Shown here: piece by piece, positions 15,819 to 37,158 of the stretch
How positions within the stretch are numbered: the stretch's first letter is position 1
Layout: each line of letters opens with the position of its first letter
Assembly: GCA_964035545.1 (NCBI GenBank)
Contig: OZ037766.1
Coordinates: forward strand, 29,016,440 to 29,080,439
Origin: Bugula neritina
Lineage: Eukaryota > Animalia > Bryozoa
Direction: 5' to 3'
Length of the DNA stretch: 64,000 nucleotides
Made by a program: the position numbers and the translations under genes
Notes under the pieces: generated by a model
The model's input: the letters and a program-made list of their open reading frames with translations, nothing else
Database searches by the model: none
Told to the model about the DNA's origin: nothing

Positions 15819-16963
15819 ATAATATTGCTTAACTTTATTTGGTCTCTTTTCTTTTTGTGCACTGTAAACCAAAGTTCACTGGAAGATCGGTAGAATATTC
15901 TGGAAGTCAGAGGGGCATCTGATTTCCAGAGTATATAAGGAGGTGAACTCACAGTGTAGAGTCAGTCTATAGCTGGAGCTCATCAGAGAAAGACCCACTA
16001 CAGATATCTCTACCTTCAAAAAAGATTCTAATATACCTTACTGGACACTCTCTGCTTCTTTACTAAATGCAAGGAGTTATGCTCTCCACTTAATTATGTT
16101 TCCAAATCCACCAAATTACTACAGTGTGCTTGAAAATTTCCTAACCAGTTTTTAACATTCAAATTTTTAATCAAATTATGTAATAAAATCGTAAAACATA
16201 CATCCAGGTATTTCTATTCAACTGCATGTATATTTTCAAATATTACATTTGTATATTACATAATGACAGTGTAGAACATATATAACATCCAGGTGTTTCT
16301 ATGAGACTTTATATTGAGGTATTCAGTTGAAGAAGGAAGTTCCTAGTTCATATCAGCTCTTAGAATAACTAATAATCATCAGTGTGTAATCATATTCAGT
16401 GTTATCTGATTCAATCATCAGTTCTGAGTACAAGTTTATTATCAGAATAATAGAAATATTTTATTCCTTTTTTAAATAATTTTATGGTATGTCTTGCTTT
16501 TATGTCATTTCTTTCACAATAATATTTGAATTGAGTTTGCATTAGCATTGCATTCAATTTGCAATGGAGTTTGAAGAAATTTGTTATGTTTTGTAAAATG
16601 ACATTAACATTGCTATCACATTACATATAAAAATGTAAAAGTTACTTCCAAATGTTTCTATTTGATCAAAATAGAAAATAGGTGCTTCTCTAACACAGGG
16701 AGTTTTAAGAGGAAATTTACATAAGTTCCATCACATTGCAAAGTGACAGTGCAGAACATATGTAACATCCAGGTGTTTCTATTAGACTGTATATTGAAGT
16801 ATTCACTCAGTTTAAGAAGGAAGTTCTTAGATCTCATCAGCTCATAAAAAGCTAATATAGTCATCAGTATATGTAGTTACACTCAGTGTTATCTGATTCA
16901 AGTATCAATTTTGAGTAGGTTACTTAAATTTAATCCCCTCCCCCAATAATAGAAATACTTTAA

Positions 16964-17305
16964 GCCTAGGGCCACACTGTGCATATTTTCACATGCGAAA
17001 ATTGGTATCACGAGTAGCAAAGGTGTCCACTGTACGCGTTGAGAAAACATTCGCACTTGTCGCTCAGCATTCTCAACGCAAGTGCGAATCGTCTGTCGTT
17101 GTCACCTAATTGGCTGGTAGTTATTCAGCGAGCCCAATTTCTTTATTTTAGTGCTACATTCCAGTAAATTGCGTTTTATTGAAAGCGAGTGCGATTTAAA
17201 AATGAAAGCTTTACTTATCACGCATCACTGACGCTACAGTGGACACCTTTGCTACTCGTGGTTTCAATTTTTGCATGCGAAAATATGCACAGTGTGGCCC
17301 TAGGC
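16964..17305. mobile_element. Second copy of the Harbinger-like MITE (opposite orientation to 6345-6680)
   Basis: Same TIRs gcctagggccacactgtgc...gcacagtgtggccctaggc. Empty site in the paralogous flanks at about 8960 and 52835. Confidence 0.85.
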
Positions 17306-17813
17306 TTACTAAAGTTATATTAACTTATTTCAATCAATTAGGTATCCTTTGCTTTTATTTGGGAAGGTTATGCATTTAATTAACTATTTAGTAGATCTGT
17401 TGAGAAAGAATCCCTTGCAGGCTTGAAGGTAAAATGATGTCTTTATTGTGAGTAATAACTCACAGTGTAGTGCATATGGTTTATTTCTAGTCTATAAAAT
17501 TCAACTAGCAAGCAATTTGATTTACAAAATACAACAAGTTTTTTTAGCAAGTTCTCAGAAAAATCTTCAATGCAAACAGATGGGTTTGTTTACTAATTTA
17601 CTACTTACTCAATTTTATAACACTAATCATAATGTTAATTCTGTGTTCAAGAAGTTTAACATGTTATGCTACTTGATATTTTCAAAAGGCGCCATAATAT
17701 TTAGAAATGCTGTTTTTGCATGGAACTGTGTAACATAACACAATATGTAGGTAGGTCTTGTATTCTGGTAGATGAAAGCATTAAAGTAAAAAAACATTGC
17801 GCGTCTTTGTTTT

Positions 17814-20760
17814 TTACTTAGAACAAACAACACAAGTTAGCTGCTTTTTATCATCATATGGTGGACAGTGTCCAATAGTTCCATCTCCAGAGCAATCAGT
17901 CCCGACAAAGAAAAACAAAGCTCCATTTGTATTACCACTCATCCCATTGATATACTCAGGATTTTGATCTACACACTCATATGTAGTTGGGTGAGGATGA
18001 TTGGAATATTGAGTCATCAAGTATCCTAAAATGACATGCAAACAAGATTAAAATGTTACTACCACTATGGCACTATATGATTTAGTTAAAGGAAATCTAA
18101 AGATTGGGCAAGGTCTTTTCATAGCAATAATCAATTTATATATGCATAGTGATATATATAAAGTGAATGCTGATATCTGTTTCAAGTAAGTCATAAAAAC
18201 CATGCAATATTCAGAACTAACATCAACATTGAGTAGGTATATATGGATCATTGCAAGCTTAGAAAAGTGATGCTTTCAAAATATGAATAATATGACAACC
18301 TTCATACTCCTGTGTCCACCCAGATGGACAAGATCTTCTAGCTGGAATCATCATAAGAGCTGGTCTGTTCTCTGTATAACATCTGGCACATGGTACATTC
18401 TGTTGCACAGTTGAATCAGGGAATATACCATAAAACTGTGATTGATATTCTGCACCACTTATCAAAGAACCCTGGAAACTACCCCTAGTGTATGCTCTGT
18501 TATATTGTGGGTTCAGGGGCATACACTGGTAGTTAACTCCACCTCCTGTGTTTGTATGAAATGCTCCACCAGCAAATCCTGAAAAAATAAAACAGTTTCA
18601 ATAGTATGTGTGTAATTCACATGTAAGTAGCATTCATTGTCTATATAAACCACTAAATGGTAATTTGATTAATTAAAGTGACATAAATGAATAAATTTTC
18701 AGCGCAATTGCTGATTAATATTATCATGATATTTTCCACATACAAGGAAACATTCAGTAATACATAATAATAGTAATCTAATTCACCTTCATAAAGCAAA
18801 GCTGATTTGGAACCACAAGACTTTCTTCCCCATCTTACATAAACAGCACCTCCTTCAACATGTGACACATTGCCAGGAGCACCTGGGGCACCTGTTGGAC
18901 CTCTCAATCCTGTAAGTCCAGGACTACCAGGCAATCCATCTCTCCCTATTTAATAAAAGGAACCAATTAACAGCTCTTATATACCAAACATGTCGTTACT
19001 CATTCAATTTACAGAAAAACATTTGTATTTTGATATAAAGTTTAGGTGATGAGTTGAGTTTCTCTCACCATCTCGGCCATTTGCACCATCACGACCATTT
19101 GCACCATCATCTCCATCTTTACCATCTTCTCCATTTTTACCATCTCTGCCGTCTTTGCCATCTTTACCATCTTTACCATCTTTACCAGAAACTCCTCTAA
19201 CTCCTATATACCGTCACATTGAAAACAGATGATTACAAAAGTAAAAATATTAAAGCCTTTTAATATCCCGGCCACAATGTGTTTGCATTGCACTTTTATT
19301 CTGTAAATACAAGCGGTTACAACAATATATAAATATGATAGCACTTTACAGAATTAAGATCTTGCAAACATCTCTACAGTTGTATTTTACATCAAATATA
19401 CGTGTATACACGCTTTTGATCTAAATCTCTTTTATATAATTCATGCGCTAATTCATATATAATAATTGTACTAATATATTTATAAACTTTGCTTGTAAAC
19501 TTTTTAACAATAAACTTAAAAATGTATTATCGTTGAGCAAACTTTAACTGGCTAGTTGCCTATTAATTCTCAACAAAATTGATTGAAGGCCACTTGTTTG
19601 TCATATAAACAATTCCCTTTATAAACTGCAAACAAAATCTCAACATTTGCTTCTGAACCTAGTATATAAAGCTAGTAGTTAAACCAAAAGAAAACATGAT
19701 CAATGTAAAGCTAATCTGTCTATAATGCAGAAATAATTAATAAGGCCTCTAATTCAAAATTTATACTTTTTACCATAGATGCACAGCTGATCTAAAAATT
19801 TATCAACTTCCTTTTCTTCCTCTTTTTCAAGAGATTCTGCAGTTGGCAAGTTTCCTTTGAGTAACTATGATAAATAAAATTACACTTTTCAATAATTGCT
19901 TTCATCTATACATGCATCATGAGTGTACAGGCTTTTCATTTGAAATTAAGGTTACATTTTATGGGTGTTTTAATTGCGTTAATCTTAGCTATCACAGTAC
20001 ACAGAATATTTCATTAAACTGCTTTAAATACATTGTAAACCTAAAGATTTTTCCTTCTGAATATGAATTTACTGACATAATTTGACCAGATTTATCACCA
20101 CAACCTAACATTATTTTACTATTTTCTTCTTGTAAATAATAAATAGAAAGCCTTGCAAAACAGCTCAGAAAACAATCAATATATGGAGTCGGTTCAAAGC
20201 TGAACAGAATGACTTGCATTCTACATCCTGAATGCTGGAACTCATCTCTAAAATCAGATAGCTGTGAAGTAACAGCAAATGAAAGCGGAGCTCAATAGCA
20301 ATGATGAGTGCTTACTCTTAGTTACAGTGTGAATGAGCATAATGTAGGGAAAAGTGCAAAAGCAGAAATATGTATGTGCTACTTTGATTGTTACCAAAGA
20401 CAACTCTTAAGCTAAAACAATGATTAACCTACTCTCTATATGTTATGTGTGTTATAATGTTAATCCACTTACAACATGCAGCAGTGAAAGTGTTGTGTGT
20501 TGTTGGGAGTTTATCTGCTCCTGTTGCCTCTCTATCTGCTGTTGCTGCCTTTCATTCTGAAGTTGCAGCTTCTCAATTTGTAATTGCTTACTTTCATTCT
20601 GCTGCCTAAAAACCTCTGTTAGTGCTTCCAACTTATTTTGTTGTTCTTCTAGAAACTCTTTAATATTTTCAGCAGTACCACTGGGTATCCCCTCAGAAGA
20701 GTGAACTAGCAGTGTGCTTAGTGTTATTAAGAGGAAAACTACAACATAATATACCAACAT
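17814..20760 (-). CDS. G3: secreted short-chain collagen C4-like protein (387 aa; 24 triplets)
   Basis: Exons 20760-20473, 19864-19774, 19203-19069, 18945-18787, 18578-18300, 18025-17814; 1164 nt in frame. The intron 5 donor is weak (gttgtc). Confidence 0.88.
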
Positions 20761-22124
20761 GTGTTTGATAGTCTTCTGTCAAATTAACTTGATATTCTGG
20801 TATAGAAACAAGCTTGAGGATGATTCCCCTGAGGTCAACAAAGTGCATTGTAGAAACCACAGCATCATTCCAGATAGAAGCTTCCCAGTTATACATGCAA
20901 AGCCTCTCACTCAGAGCTATTTATTTAGCTTTGTATAACATATTATGTATTCTGTGTGGAGTTTGGTTTTTGGGAAGCGTCTAACTAGGAAGCAATTATC
21001 TGGGATGAAACCGACATCACTTCTATACAATATTATAGTAGAAAAACTTTATTATATGTTTATTGGTAAAGGCTAGATTATTGTCTCCACTCGTTCTGAG
21101 TATTTGGATTTATATAAGGGAGTTTTGTTAATCTATTTTTTTCTGTAAATTGAATTTGTTTTTATCGTTTAAATATACAATCAGTCTATATGTTTGTAAT
21201 AATACAAAATTGTTATTACCAAGAGAGTAGTAAATGATGACATTGTTCATGTATATATAGTTATATGTTTAGAAGATATAGACAAGCTGTGCAAAAACTA
21301 CAATTAGTACATATAAACCAGACAAACCTTTTTCAACAGTCTTCATCTTTGTGTCATTCCCTGTGACTGTCTGAGAGTCTCTGACGTTTGTCAAAAATAT
21401 GTATAATATATATTCTATAGTGAAACTGACACAAAGATCTGATTGGCTGGTCTGTCTAAAATACAGCAACAAATTAAATAGCAGAAAAAAATTGGAACGT
21501 CATTACTCCAGTTGCATAAATTAGCCAATGAAAGATAACTTTAATAAATGCACAATTGTTGTAGATTGAATATTGACATTATTGTCTCACAAAAGCCTTG
21601 AATCTATTAAAAAGTTGTAACTCCCTGCAACTAAGCCTTATGTATATACAATGTGACCATAACTCCCCGACTACACTCTATATATCTACAATGTGACCAT
21701 AACTCCACATATTTATAGCAAGTGCCCATAAATCATAAATTATTTGCTATTTCACCATAACTTCCTGTCTAAATAATACATATTGATTGAATAGTCATCA
21801 GTTAGTATAACAGCCTTAAGACTGTTTTGTAGGCACTGAATTTTGTTTTATATTTAACTTTCCAAAAATAACAAGTTAACCTATAATAATCACCACTGTA
21901 ATTAGTAACTTATATTTCTATACACGCAGAGCACAAACAGTCATGGGGACTTATAAAATAAACTGTATATTTTAAAACTATTTTTGAAGATTTCACAGAT
22001 TATAAATAATTTGAATTGCTAGTTTGTCATTAATTAGCATGCTTTTTTTTTATTTTTGCGTTGCGTTTCAAGGTGATATTATGTCAAAGGTTTGAAAATA
22101 CTAATACAAATTTTACAAATATGA

Positions 22125-22860
<736 letters not shown>

Positions 22861-24267
22861 ACCATTTACATATAAAACTTGTTTCTTAAAAACTGTCGGA
22901 AGTGCTGTGATGGATTTTGGAGTTTTCCTTTGATTTCATATTATTTAGCCTTAGAGTGATATATTACTTATCTTTTTTGGTCTCTTTTCTTTTTGTGCAC
23001 TGTAAACCAAAGTTCACTTGAAGATCGGTAGAATATTCTGGAAGTCAGAGGAGCATCTGATTTCCAGAGTGTATAAGGAGGCGAACTCACAGTGTAGTCA
23101 GTCTACAGCTGGAGCTCATCAGAGAAAGACCCACTACAGATATTTCTACCTTCAATAAAGATTCTCATATACCTTACAGGACACTCTCTGCTTCTTTATT
23201 AAATGCAAGGAGTTATGATCTCCACTTAATTATTTCCAAACCCACCAAATTACTACAGTGTGCTTGAAAATTTCCTAAACGGTTTTTAACATTTAAACTT
23301 TTAATCAAATTATGCAATAAAATCGTAAAACATACATCCAGGTAATTTTATTCAACTGCATGTATCTTTCTAAATATTACATTTGCGTATTACATAATAA
23401 CTGTGTAGAACATATGCATCTATGTGTATTTATATTAGACTGTATATTGAGGTATTCAGTTGAAGAAGGAAGTTCCTAGTTTAGATCAGCTCATAGAATA
23501 CCTAATAATCATCAGTATGTAGTCACATTCAGTGTTATCTGATTCAATCATCAGTTCTGAGTACAAGTTTATTATCAGAATAATAGAAATATTTTATTTT
23601 TTTCACATAAACTTTTGAACATTGATTTCAGGTATGCTTTTCTTTTATGTTCTTTCTCATGTAATTAATTTCTTTGTTGGTAAGAATTACCAGAATTTAA
23701 TTTATAACAATAATATTAGCTATGAGTTTTGAAAAGCCTCTGTAATTTCACATAACCATTGTACTGTCGTAAGTTTACAATCGGTTGGTGCTGAGTAAGT
23801 GAAATCTAAAATGTTGAATTTCCAATGAAATTAATAGTGGAATAGGCTGTGTTCTTTGTCTAAAATCTAAACAACCACTATTTTAACTTTGAACCGTCAA
23901 GCTATTTGAGAAAAGCTAAAAATTCAAGAGCTCTTTAGTAGTTATATGATTTGTATGCCTGGGCCTATAACCGTGTAAATTAATAAGAAGAAACTAAAAT
24001 GTATAAGTAGTTCATTTCAATAATTTTTCGATTTTTGCTACTTTTATTTGTGGTACTAATTTAATAAAATCTTCACTCTTACATAAATAGAATTCTAGAA
24101 AATAGTTTGCAATATGATTATATGATTGGTTTAGCCACTCAAGAATTTGGCCAATAAAATGATGTGCTTACATAACAATATACGTTAGATGAGAAAAAAC
24201 AGTTGTAGCATAATACACTTATCTAGTTTTAAAAAAAGATTTTTTACTTTTGTCATCACAAAGCTGT

Positions 24268-30426
<6,159 letters not shown>

Positions 30427-31314
30427 GTGTTTAATAGTCTTCAGTCAATTAACACGATATTCTGGTATATAAACAAGCTAGAGAATAATTTCCCCTGAAG
30501 TCAACAAAGTGTATTGTAGAAACCACAGCATCATTCCAGATAAAAGCTTCCAAGCTAGACGCAAAGCTTTTCACACTGAACTATTCATTTAGTTTTGCAT
30601 AATATATGTATTCTATATGTGGAGTTTGGTTTTTGGGAAGCGTCTAACTAGGAAGCAATTATCTGGGATGAAACTGACGCCACTTCTATATAATATAGTA
30701 GAAAAACTTTATTACATGTTTATGCATAAAGGCTAGATTATTGTCTCCAATCGTTCTGAGTATTTGGATTTATGTAACATATTTTTGTCGTTCTAACTTT
30801 TTCGTAAATTTAATTTGTTCTTTTCATTTAAATACAGTCAGTCTCAATGTTTGCAATAATACAAAGTTGTTATTAGTACAAGGAGAAGGATAACTGATGA
30901 TATTGTAAATGTGTACAGTTGTATATTTAAAAGAAAGACAAGCTGTACAAAAACTACAATTGCTTTATATAAACAAGACAAACCTCTTTCAACAGTCTTC
31001 ATCTTTGTGTCATTCCCTGTGACCGTGTGATAGTCTCTAAGGTTTGCCAAAAATATGTATAATAGATATTCTATAGTGAAGCTGACACAAAGATCTGATT
31101 GGCTAGTCTGTCCAAAATTCAGCAACAAATTAAATAGCAGAAAAAAATTGGAACGCGGTTACTCCAGTTACATATATTAGCCAATCAATGGAAGGTAACT
31201 TCAATGAATGCACAATTGTTGTAGATTGAGTATTAACATTAATGTCTCACAAAAGCCTTGAATCTAATAAAAAGTTGTAACTCCTCAACTCAACTTTATA
31301 TATATATATATATA

Positions 31315-31500
31315 CACAAAGTGACCATAACTCCTTAACTAGACTCTATATATACATACAAGGTGACCATAACTCCTTGACTACACTCTACATATTCATA
31401 CAAGGTGACCATAACTCCTTGAATATACTCCACATATTTATACAAGGTGACCATAACTCCTTAGCCACACTCTACATGTTTATACAAGGTGACCATAGAT
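31315..31500. repeat. About 43-bp minisatellite (aaggtgaccataactcc...), 5 units, upstream of G4
   Basis: Five gtgaccata cores about 43 nt apart. The same repeat has 2-3 units at about 880, 13135, 21650 and 55735. Confidence 0.85.
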
Positions 31501-31929
31501 CATAAATTCCTTGCTATTTCACCATAACTTCTTGTCTAAATAATACATATGGATTGAATAGTGGTATAACAACTTACAGCGTTGAGAATGTGTTATAGTC
31601 ACTGAATTTTTTTTATATTTAATTTTCCAAAAATAACAAGTTGAACTATATTAATTACCACTGTAACTAGTAAATTATATTTCTATATACACAGGGCACA
31701 AACAGTCATGGGGACTTATAAAATAAACTGTATATCTTAAATAAACTAGTTTTTGAAAATTTTACAGATTATATATAATTTTAATTGCTAGTTTGTCATT
31801 AATTAGTTCAATGGAAATGCTTTTTCCTTATTTTTTCAGTTGCATTTCAAGCTGATATTATGTCGAAGCTTTGGAAATACTAATACAAATAATATTACAA
31901 ATACATATACATATACGTATACGTATACG

Positions 31930-31973
<44 letters not shown>

Positions 31974-32564
31974 CACATATACATACACCAAATATTACAT
32001 TTGTATGTTACGTAATGACAGTGTAGAACGTATGTATATAAAATCCAGGTGCTTCTATTAGACTGTATATTGAGGTATTCAGTTGAAGAAGGAAGTTCCT
32101 GGTTCATATCAGCTCATAGAATGACTAATAATCATTAGTATTCAGTCACATTCAATGTTATCTGATTCAATCATCAGCTCTCAGTACAAGTTTATTATCA
32201 GAATAATAGAAATATTCTATTATTTTTATGTAAACTGATGTATACTTATTTTAGGTATGCTTTGCTTTTGTCATTTCTCTTTTACCTGAATATTTTTATG
32301 AAAAGCATTACCTGCATTTACTTACTAGCAGCATAGCAGCTGCTTTATTTGCTTTTTTCTATGAAAACTAAAATGCTTTACAATAGAAATATATTACACT
32401 TTTTATTGTGACTAAAGTTATGGATAATGTTGTGGCTGAGATAACATTTTGTGTAACATAAAATGATATATTCTGATGAAGCAGTGAAAAATTGAAAACA
32501 AGTGTCACATACTATATTGTTTACAAGTGATAAAATTGTTGCACTTTTACAGTAGCAAGCCTGC

Positions 32565-33620
32565 TTATTTAGAAAAAACCACACAAGTTAACTGTTTCTT
32601 GTCATAATATGGTGGACAGTGTCCAGTAGTTCCATACCCAGAGCAATCAGTTCTGACAAAGAAAAACAGAGCTCCATTTGTGTCATCACTCAGTCCTGTT
32701 ATGTACTCAGGGTATTCATCTACACACTCATATGTCGCTGGTTTATAATTATGTCTCGAACTCATATAAGGTATCCTGAAAACACAAGCATATAAAACAT
32801 TTAAAGGAATTGTAGGCATGGGCTGTTTCTGTGTGCTTAAAGCTGTCAATAATGAAACTATAGTAGTTGATATTATGTAGTATAATCACACCATGGTCTA
32901 TACTACCATCTCTTATACATACATTTCTAATTATCAGTACCTTCATATTCCTTTGTCCACCTAGTAGGACAAAATCTCTCAGCTGGAATCATCATAAGAG
33001 CTGGTCTGTTCTCTGTATAACATCTGGCACATTGTACATTCTGGTCATATGAGCTGTATTAGGGAATATTCCATAATGTCTTAGAGATTGATATTTTGCT
33101 CTGCCCATCAAAGAGCCAGAAAAATCATCACCAGTGTCAACTCTGTTGTATTGTGGGTCAGGGGGCATACACTAGTAGTTCACTCCACCTCCAGTGTGGT
33201 TATAGTATGATCCTCCAGCAAAGCCTGTATGTTTACAAGCGTAAAAACATAACGTGCTTGTTAAAAACAACAATGTGCACTAGTGTGTGGGTGTGTGAGT
33301 GTGTGAGTGTGTGAGTGTGCGAGTGTGCGAGTGTGCGAGTGTGCGAGTGTGCGAGTGTGCGAGTGTGCGAGTGTGCGAGTGTGCGAGTGTGCGAGTGTGC
33401 GAGTGTGCGAGTGTGCGAGTGTGCGTGTGAGCGTGTGAGCGTGTGAGCGTGTGAGCGTGTGTGTATGTGTGTATGTGTGTGTGTGTGTGTGTGAGTGTGT
33501 GAGTGTGTGAGTGTGTGAGTGTGTGTGTGTTAACACCCAACCTTTAATTAATAAAGTTGATTCTGCAATGCAGCATATAGTTCTTCCCCATCTTGTACAA
33601 ACAGCACCTTCTTCAACTTC
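32565..33620 (-). pseudogene. G5: decayed NC1-only remnant (last three exons)
   Basis: Exon 5 has CAG>TAG at 33174-33172 and a +2 frameshift. Exon 6 has a +2 frameshift after GYL and ends CVVFSK. The exon 4 remnant reads EEGAVCTRWGRTIC. I recognise no collagen, linker or signal exon upstream. Confidence 0.88.
33283..33530. repeat. (GAGTGTGC)n and related octamer repeats inside the G5 intron
   Basis: Directly visible. Confidence 0.95.
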
Positions 33621-34712
33621 ATCAGATGGTTAAACCACTGCTTAAACTATGAATAAATAAACCTATAAAATATACCTAAACTTGCTTAGCAGCCCCAACC
33701 CGTGAGCTATTGAAATATATTAGCACATTTAAATAGCTAAAATATTAACAAACTAACTGGTAACTTTATCATGTTTGTGGAAAATCGTTTTAATTACTTC
33801 AAGGTAGTTGATTAATATGTATGTGGTTATGTGTATGTATACGCATGCTCGGATCTGGATATGTGTGCACATAGGTATAAATGTTGCAATTGCTAAGTCA
33901 GAACAAATGCTTTGAAAGATATTTTCGAAAACACACGCTATAAATTAGAGGGGGGAGCATAAGTTAAATTGAATGTATACATTTTGACAAGTACAATAAG
34001 TTGTATACTTGTAACACTACGCAAAGTTAGCAGAGAAAAGACTGAATAAACAAAATCATAAAACATAGCTGAGGGCTAGAACATTTTTAAACTCGTTTGT
34101 TTCAATGACTTAGATATATAATAAGCCTTTATATATTCCGATGCATAAGACTGCCATTATTGGATGTTTTAAAGTGGCTAGTTTAGGTAATGCACGGACT
34201 ACATTCTATAAAAATTAAAGTAGCTCAGGTGTAGTATTATGATTGAGGATGAAGTAGATTATATTTTGTTAACGAACACGAGCGAGTATAGTATTTAACA
34301 TGGCGATAACGTTATTGAAAACTTGAAGTAACCTTGATTTAATAACATTATAACCTCGTACATTATAATACAACATCAAGATCAACATGCAGATTTACAA
34401 AGCTCAACCACTTTATGCTTCAAGAGATTTTTAATGAGGAATTTAGTGCAGAAAAATGTAAATGTTTGTCCAAAACCTTTTACATATTGGCCTAACAGAG
34501 TGAGTAAGTCAGATATAACTGAAACTTGCAAATAGTACAATAAGTTGAAAATTTATTGTGTTTTGCAATTTAATTAGTTTTTTGACACCAAATCATTTAA
34601 AAATGTTATTCTTACAAAAAGCTCTATATAATAAAATAAAATAGAGGATATTAATCTTTGATTTAAAAGTCTTACAGCTCTTTGGTATTAGATTGAAAAA
34701 CCAACGGTAATA

Positions 34713-36020
34713 TAGGGGTAACGGGGGCACAACGGTCATAGGGGTACAAAAAGCCGGCCAAATTGTGAGAGAACTTATTAACTTAGAGTTGTGATTTTTT
34801 TCATAAAAAGATATTGACATACTTAGTTAGCCTTTGTAGTTTCAACACTTGCGGAACATACGTGTTGAAAAGGCGAGTAAAAAACTGTTTTTACCTACTT
34901 TTAGTAAATTTTTTAGGACGTCGTTAAAGCCTCATAACTTTTTACACTCAAAGGCAAGAAGCCTAGATTTTAATAATATTGTTGCCATTGCTTGTCTCTA
35001 CAATGCTTAACTAGTATAACAGCAAACACTGAAATAAATTTTCCTTGAGGCACATTTATTCTCAATTTGGCCACACGGGGCACAATGGGCCACGCTAACC
35101 GGAGCACAATGGGCCACCTGATTATTGCACCCTGATCACTGTTATTAGTTTGTTTGCCTAAAAAGTTGGTTGAACTGTTACTAAAATCTATAGATATAGC
35201 CATTTCTGACATTTTTGTAAAATATCAAAAACATCATGGTAAGACTACAAAACTACAAGTTGAAGCTCCCCTAATATATACATCTGGTGAGGTTAAAGCT
35301 TTGCAATTTTATACATAATACAAAACACTCTGCTGTTGCTACTAGTAGATAGTCATGATAATCATTATATATTACACCATTGAGGGAATATACATGTATT
35401 TGACTGAAATAAATTGTAATTTGCTCATTTGCTCCCCCTCTCCCCTCCGTACTCCAGTCACAAACCTCAGTCATGCATGCAACTTAGCTACAGTTCATAG
35501 AAAAAAGTCTACTCGGATTTTTGTAGTACACGTTACTAAAGTTTTTTTTGATAAACGTTGCTCTGAAGTGAAAATAACAGAATATTTTTAGTTCTAAACA
35601 GTAATGATAATGGCACTGCAGAACCGAGTGACGTGCGTTTGATTTTGCCTTCCTCTGCTAACCGTAGTAACACAAACTGTACAGCTAAAACATGAATTTT
35701 GCTGTAGATCTGAAAGAGTATCTTTATTTATTTGTAATATTAAATAAATAAAGATCAGATGTAACAAAATATACGCAAAATTTCAATATATTTGTTGTGT
35801 CCCATTGTACCCCGGTACCGGGGCACAATGGGCCGATTTTTTCGTCGTGAACATTTCATTATTCTGAAAGTTGTGAGAGAGATAGAAACAACAAACTGAT
35901 ACCTGTAATAGACAACAGATGCAGCATTAAGACTAGAGATTATTGAACTAGTAACTTGAAAAACAGACAAATGAGAGCAACGAATGCAAAATTCGGCCCG
36001 TTGTGCCCCCGTTACCCCTA
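34713..36020. mobile_element. Non-autonomous DNA transposon, about 1.3 kb, superfamily uncertain
   Basis: Perfect 23-bp TIRs taggggtaacgggggcacaacgg / ccgttgtgcccccgttaccccta. Internal copies of gcacaatgggcc at about 35080, 35104 and 35823. No transposase ORF. Confidence 0.85.
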
Positions 36021-36853
36021 CTATACTTATTTAGAATTATAAAAATATCATTCCACTTTTGTCATCATAAAGCTGTCCATTTAGAATTTATAATTTAGAT
36101 AACAGCCTTGTGCTTAAAAATTTCCAAAGTATTTATTTTTTACATTTAAATTTTTAATCACATTATAGAATAAAATTGTAAAACATACACCAAGGTGTTT
36201 CTATTCAACTGCATATATGTTTTCCCAAAATATATATAACATTTGTATATTACAAAATGACAGTGTAGAACATATTAAATGTACATCCAGGTGGCTCTAT
36301 ATATCAACTCAGAATTTTTTTCTACAACTACTCCACAAATTGTGACATATGTATTTGTTTTGATAAAAGACAAATTTAGCCTTTGTGTTTTAATGCACAG
36401 TACTGCCGTTATTGGATGCATTAAAGCTCAGTGCATATTCTATGAAATCAAAATAAATCAATTAATATAAACAAATTCACATGGCTCAACAACTTTCTAC
36501 TTCAGGAGGTCTTTAGAAATCATAGGCTTTTTGAGGCCTCGGCCTATAACAGGCTAAATCAATAATCAAAAATTAAAATATATGAATATAGTTTGTTTCC
36601 ACAATTTTCTGTTTTTTTAAGCTTTTATTTGTAGTATACTAAGTCAATAAAACCTTTAATCTTACAAAGACTTCTGCAAAATAGTATAATATAGTTGTGA
36701 GTAGTTCAACCACTCAAAATTTTGGGCAATAAAATGGTGTGCTCATAACATATATAGTAGTTAATGTATATCAGATTAGAAAAAAGCAATTACAACATAC
36801 TACACTTATTTATTTTTATGAAAATTAATTAAATTTTGTCATCACTAAACTGT

Positions 36854-36957
36854 TTATTTAGAACAAACTACACAAATAAGTTGTCTCTTATCATCATATG
36901 GTTGACAGTGTCCAGTAGTTCCATGTACAACTAGCTCTGATGAAATAGAACAAAGCT
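36854..36957 (-). pseudogene. Orphan fragment of the terminal exon (ALFYFIRASC/GTTGHCQPYDDKRQLICVVCSK*)
   Basis: Homologous to exon 6 with an internal deletion, followed by a G4/G8-type 3' flank (about 36100-36850). Confidence 0.8.
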
Positions 36958-37158
36958 ATGTTATAAGTATCTTTCTATTAATATTAAATACTTATCTGAA
37001 CGAGCAAAATAATTATTTAGGATGATCTTTAGCATTGCATTTCGTGCACTCATTGAGTAATTCAAGTCATAGTTGAGCATATAAAGGTTATTAAAGGTTA
37101 AAATATTTAGCAGTTAAATACTAGTTGAATACATAAGTCTTTTTTGATTAGACACAAA

